Source of the DNA: an uncultured Pseudoflavonifractor sp.
GTDB lineage: Bacteria; Bacillota; Clostridia; Oscillospirales; Oscillospiraceae
DNA length: 64,000 nt
NCBI RefSeq assembly: GCF_904419835.1
Contig: NZ_CAJFTA010000003.1
Reading direction: 5' to 3' (one strand)
Made by a program: the position numbers and the translations under genes. Positions within the stretch are counted from its first letter, which is position 1. Each line of letters begins with the position of its first letter. Below the pieces are notes generated by a model that made no database searches, had not been told where the DNA came from, and saw only the letters and a program-made list of their open reading frames with translations. This document shows positions 31,703 to 39,704 of the stretch, piece by piece.

Positions 31703-32586
31703 GTTCCCCCGCTCCTATCTGTTCCGTCTTCAATTTTTTCATAGACCTCATACTCGTCCCAGATCTTCTCCAGCTTTCCAAAGGTCTCGGACAGGTCGTC
31801 GTTCTTCTTCCGGCCCACCGCCACAATCAGGGCGTTAATCAGGGAGAGGGGCGCCACAAGGGAGTCCACAAAGGACGCCATGTCACTCTTGGCCAGCAAG
31901 GCGTGGTCGGCAATGGCCGCCAGCGGGGACGCCTCGCTGTCCGTAACGGCCAGCACCGTGGCCCCCTGCTTCCGCGCAAACTCCATGGCCCGCACCGTCC
32001 GCCGGGAGTAGCGCGGGAAACTGACGCCGATGACCACGTCGCCCTCCCCCACCCGGAGCAGCTGCTCAAAGAGCTCACTGGCGGCAGAGGTATGCACCAC
32101 CACCACATTGTCAAAAATCAGATTGAAATAGAAGCCCAGAAAGCTGGTAATGGCGGAGGCGGAGCGGATACCCATAATATAGATCCGTCTGGCGGACACA
32201 ATGGCGTCCACAGAGGCGGTGAACGCCTCCCGGTTGGTCTCCTCCATGGTCAGGCGGATTTTCTCCATATCCGCCTGCATCACCATGGAGAGAATATCGT
32301 GGTCACCGATACGGTCATTGGACACCTCAATCCGCTGGATGCTGGTGAGCTTGTTGCGGATCATCTCCTGTAAAGCCTTCTGCATGGCGGGGTATCCGTC
32401 GTATCCCAGCTCTGCCGCAAAGCGGACCACCGTGGACTCGCTGACGTTCACCGTCTTGCCCAGCTTGCTGGCCGTCATAAAGGCGGCCTTGTCATAGGAC
32501 TCCAGTATAAAATTGGCAATGAGCTTCTGCCCCTTGGAGAAGGTGCTCATATTGGACTGAATGGATGCTAGAACATCTCTCGGCAT
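31699..32586 (-). CDS. MurR/RpiR family regulator
   Basis: HTH VSESTVVRFA..LGYDGY, SIS domain, TDSEASPL. Confidence 0.92.
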   Translation of the reverse strand: MPRDVLASIQSNMSTFSKGQKLIANFILESYDKAAFMTASKLGKTVNVSESTVVRFAAELGYDGYPAMQKALQEMIRNKLTSIQRIEVSNDRIGDHDILSMVMQADMEKIRLTMEETNREAFTASVDAIVSARRIYIMGIRSASAITSFLGFYFNLIFDNVVVVHTSAASELFEQLLRVGEGDVVIGVSFPRYSRRTVRAMEFARKQGATVLAVTDSEASPLAAIADHALLAKSDMASFVDSLVAPLSLINALIVAVGRKKNDDLSETFGKLEKIWDEYEVYEKIEDGTDRSGGT

Positions 32587-32843
32587 GAATGCGACCTCCT
32601 GCGTCTGCACAATGAAGCTGTCCGGCCCCGGTCTATGGCTGCCTGCTAAGTCGCCGGTATACCGTTCGGCGCCGGATATGCGGCAAAGATACCGCGCATC
32701 AGCCGTGCGCCGGGCTGATGCGCGGGCAAGCCGCAGCGCGGCTCACAGAGCGGCAGGCATCGCCGCCTGTCACAGTCTTTCGGAAAAACAGCGCGGCTGT
32801 TTCGCCGCGCGGAGGCAGCCGCCCTGAATAGGCGGCTGTTTTA

Positions 32844-32872
32844 ATGATAGCGGTTATCCGTAAGAAAATCAA
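32844..32872 (-). promoter_or_regulatory. sigmaA-like promoter upstream of rpiR
   Basis: TTGATT-17-TATCAT. Confidence 0.5.
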
Positions 32873-32891
32873 CTGTCTTTTCCGGGTGGGA

Positions 32892-33617
32892 TTATGTCTC
32901 CTCTCCCCGCTCCCCCAGCGCCAGCCGGAGCTCCCGGAGCGTCAGCCGCCGCCACTCCCCCGGGCGGAGGCCGCCCAGGGTCAGGTCGCCCTCCCGCACC
33001 CGTTTGAGGCGCTTTACCTCCAGACCCGCCAGGGCGCACATTCTGCGCACCTGACGGTTTCGCCCCTCATGAATGACCACGGACAGCCGGGCCCGGGCGG
33101 CGCCCTCCCGGCTGAGCACCCCCACCTTGGCGGGTGAGAGCGGCACGCCGTCCAGCTCCATGGGGCCGGACAGCACCGGAAGCGCTCGATCCACGTCCCC
33201 CTCTACTGTCACCAGGTACTCCTTCTCCACCTGGTGGCTGGGGTGAATCAGCCGCTGGGTAAAGTCCCCGTCGTCCGTCATCAGCAGCAGGCCCTCCGAA
33301 TCCAGGTCCAGCCGCCCCACCGGCCAGACCCGGGCGCCGCAGCCAGACACCAGCTGCGCTACCGTCCTGCGCCCCCGCTCGTCGGAGAGGGTGGTTACAT
33401 AGCCCCTGGGCTTATAAAGCATCAGGTATGTATGGGCGCCCGCCGGGCGGACGGGCTTCCCGTCCAGCCGGATGTCATCCTGCTTCGGGTCTGCCTTTTC
33501 GCCCAGCGCGGCGGTGCGGCCATTGACCGTCACCCTGCCCGCCGAGAGGTACTCCTCCGCCCGCCGGCGGGAGGCCAGGCCGGCGGCAGACAATATTTTC
33601 TGGATTCTCTCTTCCAT
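32892..33617 (-). CDS. rluB: rRNA pseudouridine synthase (RluB-like)
   Basis: S4 domain, KPRGYV, VGRLDLDSEGLL, EGRNRQVRRM. Confidence 0.88.
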   Translation of the reverse strand: MEERIQKILSAAGLASRRRAEEYLSAGRVTVNGRTAALGEKADPKQDDIRLDGKPVRPAGAHTYLMLYKPRGYVTTLSDERGRRTVAQLVSGCGARVWPVGRLDLDSEGLLLMTDDGDFTQRLIHPSHQVEKEYLVTVEGDVDRALPVLSGPMELDGVPLSPAKVGVLSREGAARARLSVVIHEGRNRQVRRMCALAGLEVKRLKRVREGDLTLGGLRPGEWRRLTLRELRLALGERGEET

Positions 33618-33636
33618 AAGCTGCCTCCGAATTTCG

Positions 33637-34815
33637 TCAGCTCCACTGCCGCCGGCTGTACGAATTTAGTATCTGGGGATAAAACGCGGCCTTCATGCCG
33701 CCGCCTTCACCCAGGAAAAAGGAAAAAATCCGTTCCAATATGCTCTTGGGCTGAGCTGCATTGCGTTCCACGCTGTGGGAATACACCAGATAGGTGCTGC
33801 CCACCTCTTTCCCGTCCACATAATAGGTCAGGCTCCCGGCGATGTCGCCTTCCTTCACCGGGGCCTCCACCTCATCCGGCAGATCAATCTTCGCCGTCAC
33901 CCGCTCGTCTGCCGCCAGCGGATAGCGGACATCCCGCTCAACCTGAACCGGCACAAACCGGACCAGACTCCCGGCAATGGGCAGTGTGCGAAGGTCCCGC
34001 CCGGCGGACGCCAGCAGAATGGACGGCCACTGGGAGAAGCCGTAGTCAAACATGGCCGCGTGGTCGGCCCAGTCGTTGGGCGCGTTGAGGGTGACGGCAA
34101 TAAGCCGCTGCCCGTCCCGCTCGGCGCAGGACACCAGGGTCCTGCCCGCCGCGTCGGTGTAGCCAGTCTTCATGCCCACACAGCCCTCATACCGCCACAG
34201 AAGCTTGTTGTGGTTGGTCATAGTCCGCCCCGCCATGGTGACGGACTTTGTGCCCACAATTTCGGCCAGGTCCGGCTGCTCCATGACCACAATGGCCAGC
34301 TTTGCCATATCCGCCGCAGTGGAGTAGTGTCCCTCCGCCGGCAGGCCGTTGGGGTTGACGAAATGGGTGTGCTCCATGCCAAGCTCCTGGGCCCGCAGGT
34401 TCATCCACTCCACAAAGGTGTCCACGTCTCCGGCGCAGAAGCCGGCAATGGCCAGGGCGGCGTCATTGCCCGACACCAGCAGCAGGCCGTACAGCAGCTC
34501 CCGCAGGGTCAGCTCCTCCCCTTCCCGCAGGTACATGGAGGACCCCTCCGCCAGAGTCCACTCTTTTTGGATGGTCACCGCCCTGTCCAGATCAGAGGTG
34601 GACTCAACGGCCACCAGCGCGGTCATCAGCTTGGTAATGCTGGCAATGGCCCGCTCCTCATGGGCGTTTTTCTCCATCAGCACCCGGCCGCTCTCCGCGT
34701 CCACCAAAATGGCGCAGGACGCCGAAACCCCCGGCGTTCCGGCCCCATCGGCGGACAGCGGAAGCCAGGTCAGGCACAGCAGAGTGGCTGCAACCGCCGC
34801 GAAAACGCGCTTCAT
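33637..34815 (-). CDS. D-alanyl-D-alanine carboxypeptidase (S11, DacB/DacF-like)
   Basis: Signal peptide, ASITK, SGN, KTG motifs. Confidence 0.92.
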   Translation of the reverse strand: MKRVFAAVAATLLCLTWLPLSADGAGTPGVSASCAILVDAESGRVLMEKNAHEERAIASITKLMTALVAVESTSDLDRAVTIQKEWTLAEGSSMYLREGEELTLRELLYGLLLVSGNDAALAIAGFCAGDVDTFVEWMNLRAQELGMEHTHFVNPNGLPAEGHYSTAADMAKLAIVVMEQPDLAEIVGTKSVTMAGRTMTNHNKLLWRYEGCVGMKTGYTDAAGRTLVSCAERDGQRLIAVTLNAPNDWADHAAMFDYGFSQWPSILLASAGRDLRTLPIAGSLVRFVPVQVERDVRYPLAADERVTAKIDLPDEVEAPVKEGDIAGSLTYYVDGKEVGSTYLVYSHSVERNAAQPKSILERIFSFFLGEGGGMKAAFYPQILNSYSRRQWS

Positions 34816-34869
34816 ACAGCATCACCTCAGGCCGCCCGCCAGCCCTACGCCGCGGGCGCATGTTGATGC

Positions 34870-34899
34870 TAGTATGAGCCGAATCGGGCCGGAACATAC
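34870..34899 (-). promoter_or_regulatory. sigmaG-type forespore promoter for the carboxypeptidase
   Basis: GTATG-18-CATACTA. Confidence 0.55.
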
Positions 34900-34905
34900 C
34901 TGAAA

Positions 34906-35319
34906 TCAGAAGGGTTCCGTCTCCGCCTTCTTCTCCTGCTGCTTCTCGATGAAGCCTGTCACCTTGTCGATGACCTCGGGCACCATCTCCACCACCCGGT
35001 CCACCGTGGTCCCGGGGGGCGGCGCGATAGGCAGCATGCGCACCGTGTCCCCCTTGACAATGAGGAAGGCGATGGGCATGATGTTCACGCCGGCGCCGCT
35101 GCCGCCGCCGAAGGCGTTGTCCGCCTCAGGCTTCTGGTTCTTGGTGGTAAAGTCGCTGCCGCCGGAGGCAAAGCCGAAGCTCACCTTGGACACAGGGATA
35201 ATGGTTACATCTCCCGCCTCAATGGGCTTGCCCACAATGGTATTGACGTCCACCATCTCGCGGATCTTCTGCATGGTGGTGCTCATCAGGTCGCCGATGG
35301 GATGCTGCTTGTTTTCCAT
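34906..35319 (-). CDS. ytfJ: GerW/YtfJ family sporulation protein
   Basis: MVDVNTIVG, IIPVSKVSFGFASGG, FGGGSGAG. Confidence 0.92.
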   Translation of the reverse strand: MENKQHPIGDLMSTTMQKIREMVDVNTIVGKPIEAGDVTIIPVSKVSFGFASGGSDFTTKNQKPEADNAFGGGSGAGVNIMPIAFLIVKGDTVRMLPIAPPPGTTVDRVVEMVPEVIDKVTGFIEKQQEKKAETEPF

Positions 35320-35321
35320 AG

Positions 35322-35939
35322 TCAGACCGCCTCTTTCTTTGTTTGCTCTTGGTTCCGTCCGGACCACAGCTTTAAAAATCGAATTCCCAGCCTCAGGGCC
35401 AGAGCCGCCGCCTGCCCCAAGCGCAGGGAGAAGGACCCATAGAGATAGATCTCCGGCTCCGTCAGGTTGAAATCCACTCTGGTTCTGATACGCCGGTCGC
35501 CAATATTGAAATTATTCTCCAGCAGGGGCCAGATCATACCGATTGCCGCATTTACGCCGCCAAAGGCCAGGGCCGCCGCCGCCGGGTCGGAAGCCGCCGC
35601 CGTCACATCCAGCAGAAGCCTGTCCACCCGCACTTTGCGCCGCAGCTGGCCTGCCGCGTCCGCTACCAGCGGGAGTATCGCCTTCAGCGGGCCGAGCTGC
35701 CCGCCCGGCTTGGGCTCCGGCTGCTCCTCCTCGGGTTTCGGTTTCTTCTTTACCCGCTTTGGCTTTTCCTGCCCGTCCGCCTTCTTCGGCCTGGGCGGGT
35801 ACACCCTGATACGCAACGGGCCCGCACGCAGGCGGATCAGCACGCCGGAGCGGCTGTACTCCACCGTACCGCCCACCCGGACCAGGGAGAGCAGCACCAG
35901 CGCGGCGGCGATTGCCCCCAGGACAACCCATACCGTCAT
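35322..35939 (-). CDS. DUF2953 (YtfI-like) protein
   Basis: N-terminal TM, DPAAAALAFG; position upstream of ytfJ. Confidence 0.75.
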   Translation of the reverse strand: MTVWVVLGAIAAALVLLSLVRVGGTVEYSRSGVLIRLRAGPLRIRVYPPRPKKADGQEKPKRVKKKPKPEEEQPEPKPGGQLGPLKAILPLVADAAGQLRRKVRVDRLLLDVTAAASDPAAAALAFGGVNAAIGMIWPLLENNFNIGDRRIRTRVDFNLTEPEIYLYGSFSLRLGQAAALALRLGIRFLKLWSGRNQEQTKKEAV

Positions 35940-35943
35940 GCGC

Positions 35944-36579
35944 TCACGCCTCCGTCCCCTCGCCGCTTTGCCCGTTGTCCTCTGTCTGGGCCGCCGCGTC
36001 CTCCTGCACTGCCTTCAGCCGCTCCAGGTTTGCCTGCATCTCCATGGTGATCTGTCCGTCCTCCGGGCTGGCGCTGGGGAGCTCGGGCAGGTCCTCCAGG
36101 CTGCTCAGGCCAAAGGACCGCAGGAAGGTCTGGGTGGTACGGTAGAGGATTGGCCGTCCGGGCACGGAAAGGCGGCCGCACTCCTCAATCAGGTCCCGCT
36201 CCAGCAGCAGCCCCACGGTATAGGCGCTGTCCACGCCCCGGATCTGGTCCACATAGGCCCGGGTGGTGGGCTGATAGTAGGCGATGATGGCCAGCACCTC
36301 CAGGGCGGGCTGGGACAACCGGGCCGGGCGGCGGCTCTCAAAGGCCCGGCGGATACAGTCGGCATGCTCCGGCGCAGAGCAGAGCTGGTAGCTGTTCTCC
36401 AGCCGCAGCAGGCGCACGCCCCGGCGCTCGTAGCTGTAATAATCGGCCAGCCGCTGGCAGACGGCATCCACCGTGGCCCGGTCCAGGTCCAGCGCCATGC
36501 ACAGCCGCTCCACGCCCACCGGGTCACCAGCGGCAAAGAGAATTCCCTCAATGGCGGACTCTATCTCCTTCACTTCCAT
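35944..36579 (-). CDS. scpB: SMC-Scp complex subunit B
   Basis: IEGILF, LEVLAIIAYYQP, IRGVDS, GRPILYRTT. Confidence 0.95.
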   Translation of the reverse strand: MEVKEIESAIEGILFAAGDPVGVERLCMALDLDRATVDAVCQRLADYYSYERRGVRLLRLENSYQLCSAPEHADCIRRAFESRRPARLSQPALEVLAIIAYYQPTTRAYVDQIRGVDSAYTVGLLLERDLIEECGRLSVPGRPILYRTTQTFLRSFGLSSLEDLPELPSASPEDGQITMEMQANLERLKAVQEDAAAQTEDNGQSGEGTEA

Positions 36580-36599
36580 GCGCAGCCCTCCCTGTGTTG

Positions 36600-37406
36600 T
36601 CAGTTCACATCCGTGGTAAACTCAAAATCCTCCGCCGCCTCGTCGGTGCAGGTCACCGTGCAGTCGGTCTCCGTGCCCGCCAGGCGCACCCGCCGGGCCC
36701 GGCACAGCTCCAGCACGGCGATGAAGGTGGCTACAATCTCGCTGCGGCTGCGGTTCCCCTTGAACAGGGCCCGGAACCGGGTCACGCCGAAACGAATGAG
36801 CTGCCGGAGAATCTCCCCCGCCTTGTCGGCCACCGGGTAGGGCTCCCGGCCCACAATTCCCTCAAAGGCCGCCATGGGCGGCGGAAGCCGGTTGTCCGAC
36901 CGCTCCAGCACCGCCAGCATGGCCCGGCGCAGATCCTCCGCCTTGTGGACATAGCGGTAAGCCTTGTTGGTTGGAATCAGCTCGGGCGTCTTGGTGATGT
37001 AGTCCCGGCCCACCTCATTGCGGTCGGCCAGCGCCGGAATGACCGCCTTGATGCGGTTAAAATTCTCGTGGCGCTGGTGCTCCTCCAGGGAGGCGATGAG
37101 CTGCTCCATCTCGGAGAGGGCCTCCTCGTCGTGGATGGAGAGGAGCATTCTGGTCTTGATGAATACCAGCTGGGCCGCCATGGCTACAAATTCGCTGGCC
37201 ACCTCCAGGTCCAGCTCCTTGCGCTTGTTCATCCAGTCCATGTACTGGTCCAGAATCACCGCAATCTGGATGTCCTTGATCTCCATCTTGTTCTTGGCCA
37301 GCAGGCTGAGGATCAGGTCCAGAGGGCCGGTAAAGTCCTCCATGTCCTCCGCCTTTGCCTTGACCACCTTTTCCAGATGAAAAATCGGCGTCTCTATGTC
37401 ACTCAC
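36600..37406 (-). CDS. scpA: segregation and condensation protein A (GTG start inferred)
   Basis: FTGPLDLILSL, ASEFVAMAA..IKTRMLL, TFIAVLEL. Confidence 0.93.
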   Translation of the reverse strand: MSDIETPIFHLEKVVKAKAEDMEDFTGPLDLILSLLAKNKMEIKDIQIAVILDQYMDWMNKRKELDLEVASEFVAMAAQLVFIKTRMLLSIHDEEALSEMEQLIASLEEHQRHENFNRIKAVIPALADRNEVGRDYITKTPELIPTNKAYRYVHKAEDLRRAMLAVLERSDNRLPPPMAAFEGIVGREPYPVADKAGEILRQLIRFGVTRFRALFKGNRSRSEIVATFIAVLELCRARRVRLAGTETDCTVTCTDEAAEDFEFTTDVN

Positions 37407-38101
37407 CCCAGAATGTCCAGAATCTGCGAGCCGATCACCAGCGCCTCCCAGGGCAGTCCGGTGACCCGGCACAGGAACTGCAGCACGCCGTTGATGCAGA
37501 AGGACAGCGGCCCGTCCAGCACATTGAAGAACACCAGCAAAATGACCGCGATCATGATATACCGCTCATAGCGCAGGATGGTGTAGTACACCCGGTCAGG
37601 AAGGAAGGAAAAGAGCACCTTGGAGCCGTCCAGAGGCGAGATGGGAATCAGGTTGAACAGCCCCAGGCCCACACTCAGAATAGCCACATTGCACAGGAAA
37701 TAAAACACAACCAGCAGCACTATACTGTCTGTGGGCAGCAACAGACGGTATACCAGGGAGCAGATCAGCATGGTCACAATGGCCATCAGGAAATTGGAGA
37801 CGGGCCCCGCCAGGGCGGTGACCGCCATATCCCGCTTAGGATTTTTGAAGTAGCGCATGTCCACCGGCACCGGCTTGGCCCAGCCCACGCCCGCGAAAAT
37901 CATCATCAGAAAGCCGATGACATCCAGATGCTTGATGGGATTGAGGGTAAGCCGGCCCATCCGCTTGGCGGTGGGGTCCCCCAGGCGGTAGGCCACATAG
38001 CCGTGGGAGAGTTCATGGAACGTGATGCACACCAGTGCCGCCACTGCGCTCACAAGCAGAGAGAGCAGCCCCATCCAGTTCATATTCGTCATGTATTCCA
38101 T
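37403..38101 (-). CDS. site-2 protease (M50) family protein
   Basis: HELSH, GDPT, AGPVSN, FNLIPISPLDG. Confidence 0.92.
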   Translation of the reverse strand: MEYMTNMNWMGLLSLLVSAVAALVCITFHELSHGYVAYRLGDPTAKRMGRLTLNPIKHLDVIGFLMMIFAGVGWAKPVPVDMRYFKNPKRDMAVTALAGPVSNFLMAIVTMLICSLVYRLLLPTDSIVLLVVFYFLCNVAILSVGLGLFNLIPISPLDGSKVLFSFLPDRVYYTILRYERYIMIAVILLVFFNVLDGPLSFCINGVLQFLCRVTGLPWEALVIGSQILDILG

Positions 38102-38211
38102 TACTCTGTGCACAAAAAAGTCCCCTTTCGCGGGTCTGCACCGCCCCACAGCACGGGCGCCATCCCGGGATCCGCTCCGAAACAGGCGACGGAATCAATC
38201 GTAGAGAAAAT

Positions 38212-38240
38212 ATTATATCAAAGATAAACGAAAAACACAA
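38212..38240 (-). promoter_or_regulatory. sigmaA promoter for S2P-scpAB operon
   Basis: TTGTGT-17-TATAAT with extended TG. Confidence 0.7.
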
Positions 38241-38292
38241 GGAAAAGCCCTCTCGCCGCTGTTTTTCAAGTTTTTCCCGGATATGGCAGCGG

Positions 38293-38335
38293 AAAAAGGC
38301 CGGGCCGGGGACAGATATCCGTCACCGGGCCGGCC
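38293..38335 (-). terminator. terminator after FAH gene
   Basis: GC-rich stem followed by TTTTT on minus strand. Confidence 0.65.
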
Positions 38336-38340
38336 GCTTT

Positions 38341-39093
38341 TTACCGGATGTAATTGCGCAGGACGCCGATGCCCTCGATCTCCACCTCCACCACGTCGCC
38401 GGGCCGCATGGCGCCGATGCCCGCGGGGGTACCGGTGGTGACCACGTCGCCGGGCTCCAGGGTCATGGAGGCGGTGATGAACTCCATCAGCGCCGGAATT
38501 TTGGTCATAAACAGAGACGTGCGGGCGCTCTGCACGGTCCTGCCGTTGAGCCGGGTCTCAATCTTCAGGTCAGAGCCGTCCACCTCGTCCGTCACCAGAG
38601 GGCCGATGGGCGCAAAGCCGTCCATGCTCTTGCCCCGGCTCCACTGGCCGTCCGCCTTCTGCACGTCCCGGGCCGTTACGTCGTTGAGGCAGGTGTAGCC
38701 CAGGATATAGTCCCTGTACTCCTCCGCCTTCACGTGCTTGGCCCGTTTTTTCACCACAAAGGCCAGCTCACCCTCGTAGTCCAGCCGCTCCACAAAGCTG
38801 GGCGCGGACACCTCGCCCTCGGGGCGGTTGACCGTATTGGGCGCCTTGAGGAAGAGGATGGGCCGGTCAGGCACGCCCTCCCCCATCTCCATGGCGTGGT
38901 CGTAGTAATTCTTGCCCACGCAGACAATCTTGGTGGGCTCACAGGGCGCCAGTAGCCGGCACTGCTTCAGGGGCAGGCGCCCGCCGTCAAAGGTCAGCCT
39001 CTCATAGGGCGCGCCGGCCAGGGTCAGGACTTCATCATCCTTTAAAACACCCCAGACAGCCGTTCCATCCCGCTCAATCCGCACCAACTTCAT
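38341..39093 (-). CDS. fumarylacetoacetate hydrolase family protein
   Basis: CVGKNY, DYEGEL, NDVTARD, GDVVTTGTP. Confidence 0.92.
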   Translation of the reverse strand: MKLVRIERDGTAVWGVLKDDEVLTLAGAPYERLTFDGGRLPLKQCRLLAPCEPTKIVCVGKNYYDHAMEMGEGVPDRPILFLKAPNTVNRPEGEVSAPSFVERLDYEGELAFVVKKRAKHVKAEEYRDYILGYTCLNDVTARDVQKADGQWSRGKSMDGFAPIGPLVTDEVDGSDLKIETRLNGRTVQSARTSLFMTKIPALMEFITASMTLEPGDVVTTGTPAGIGAMRPGDVVEVEIEGIGVLRNYIR

Positions 39094-39689
39094 TCCGACT
39101 CCCCCATGCTCTTCAGGATTTCACCCAGGAGCTCCTGCCGCCCTTCTCCTTTCTCCGCTGAGAAGGTAATTACCTTTACATCATCCGGCAATCCAAGGGT
39201 CTCCCGGATGCGGGCTAGGTTGGGCTCAATTTCGCTCTTGCGGAGCTTGTCCAGCTTGTTGGCCACCACCAGAAAGGGCTTTCCGCTCTGCTTGAACCAC
39301 TCGCCCATGGTGCAGTCGTTCGCCGTGGGCTTGTGGCGGGCGTCCACAACCATGATGCCCAGGGTCATCAGCGCGTTGTCCGCAAACCAGCTCTCGATCA
39401 GCCGGCCCCAGCGCTCCTTCTCCGCCTGGGACACCTTGGCGTAGCCATAGCCGGGCAGGTCCACCAGATAGAGCTTTTCGTCGATGAGGAAATAGTTGAT
39501 GTGGGTGGTCTTGCCGGGGGCCGCGCCCACCCGCGCCAAGTTCTTCCGCAGCAGAATTTTGTTGATCACCGAGGACTTGCCCACGTTGGACCGCCCGGCG
39601 AAAACCACCTGGGGCAGGCCGTCCCGGGGAAAATCTGCCGCTTTGGCGGCGGAGCGGACAAATTCCGCCCGCTGCAAATTCAAAGCCAT
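39090..39689 (-). CDS. engB: ribosome biogenesis GTPase YihA/YsxC
   Basis: GRSNVGKSS, PGKT, DLPGYGY, NKLD. Confidence 0.95.
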   Translation of the reverse strand: MALNLQRAEFVRSAAKAADFPRDGLPQVVFAGRSNVGKSSVINKILLRKNLARVGAAPGKTTHINYFLIDEKLYLVDLPGYGYAKVSQAEKERWGRLIESWFADNALMTLGIMVVDARHKPTANDCTMGEWFKQSGKPFLVVANKLDKLRKSEIEPNLARIRETLGLPDDVKVITFSAEKGEGRQELLGEILKSMGESE

Positions 39690-39704
39690 GGTGCCGCGCC
39701 TCCT

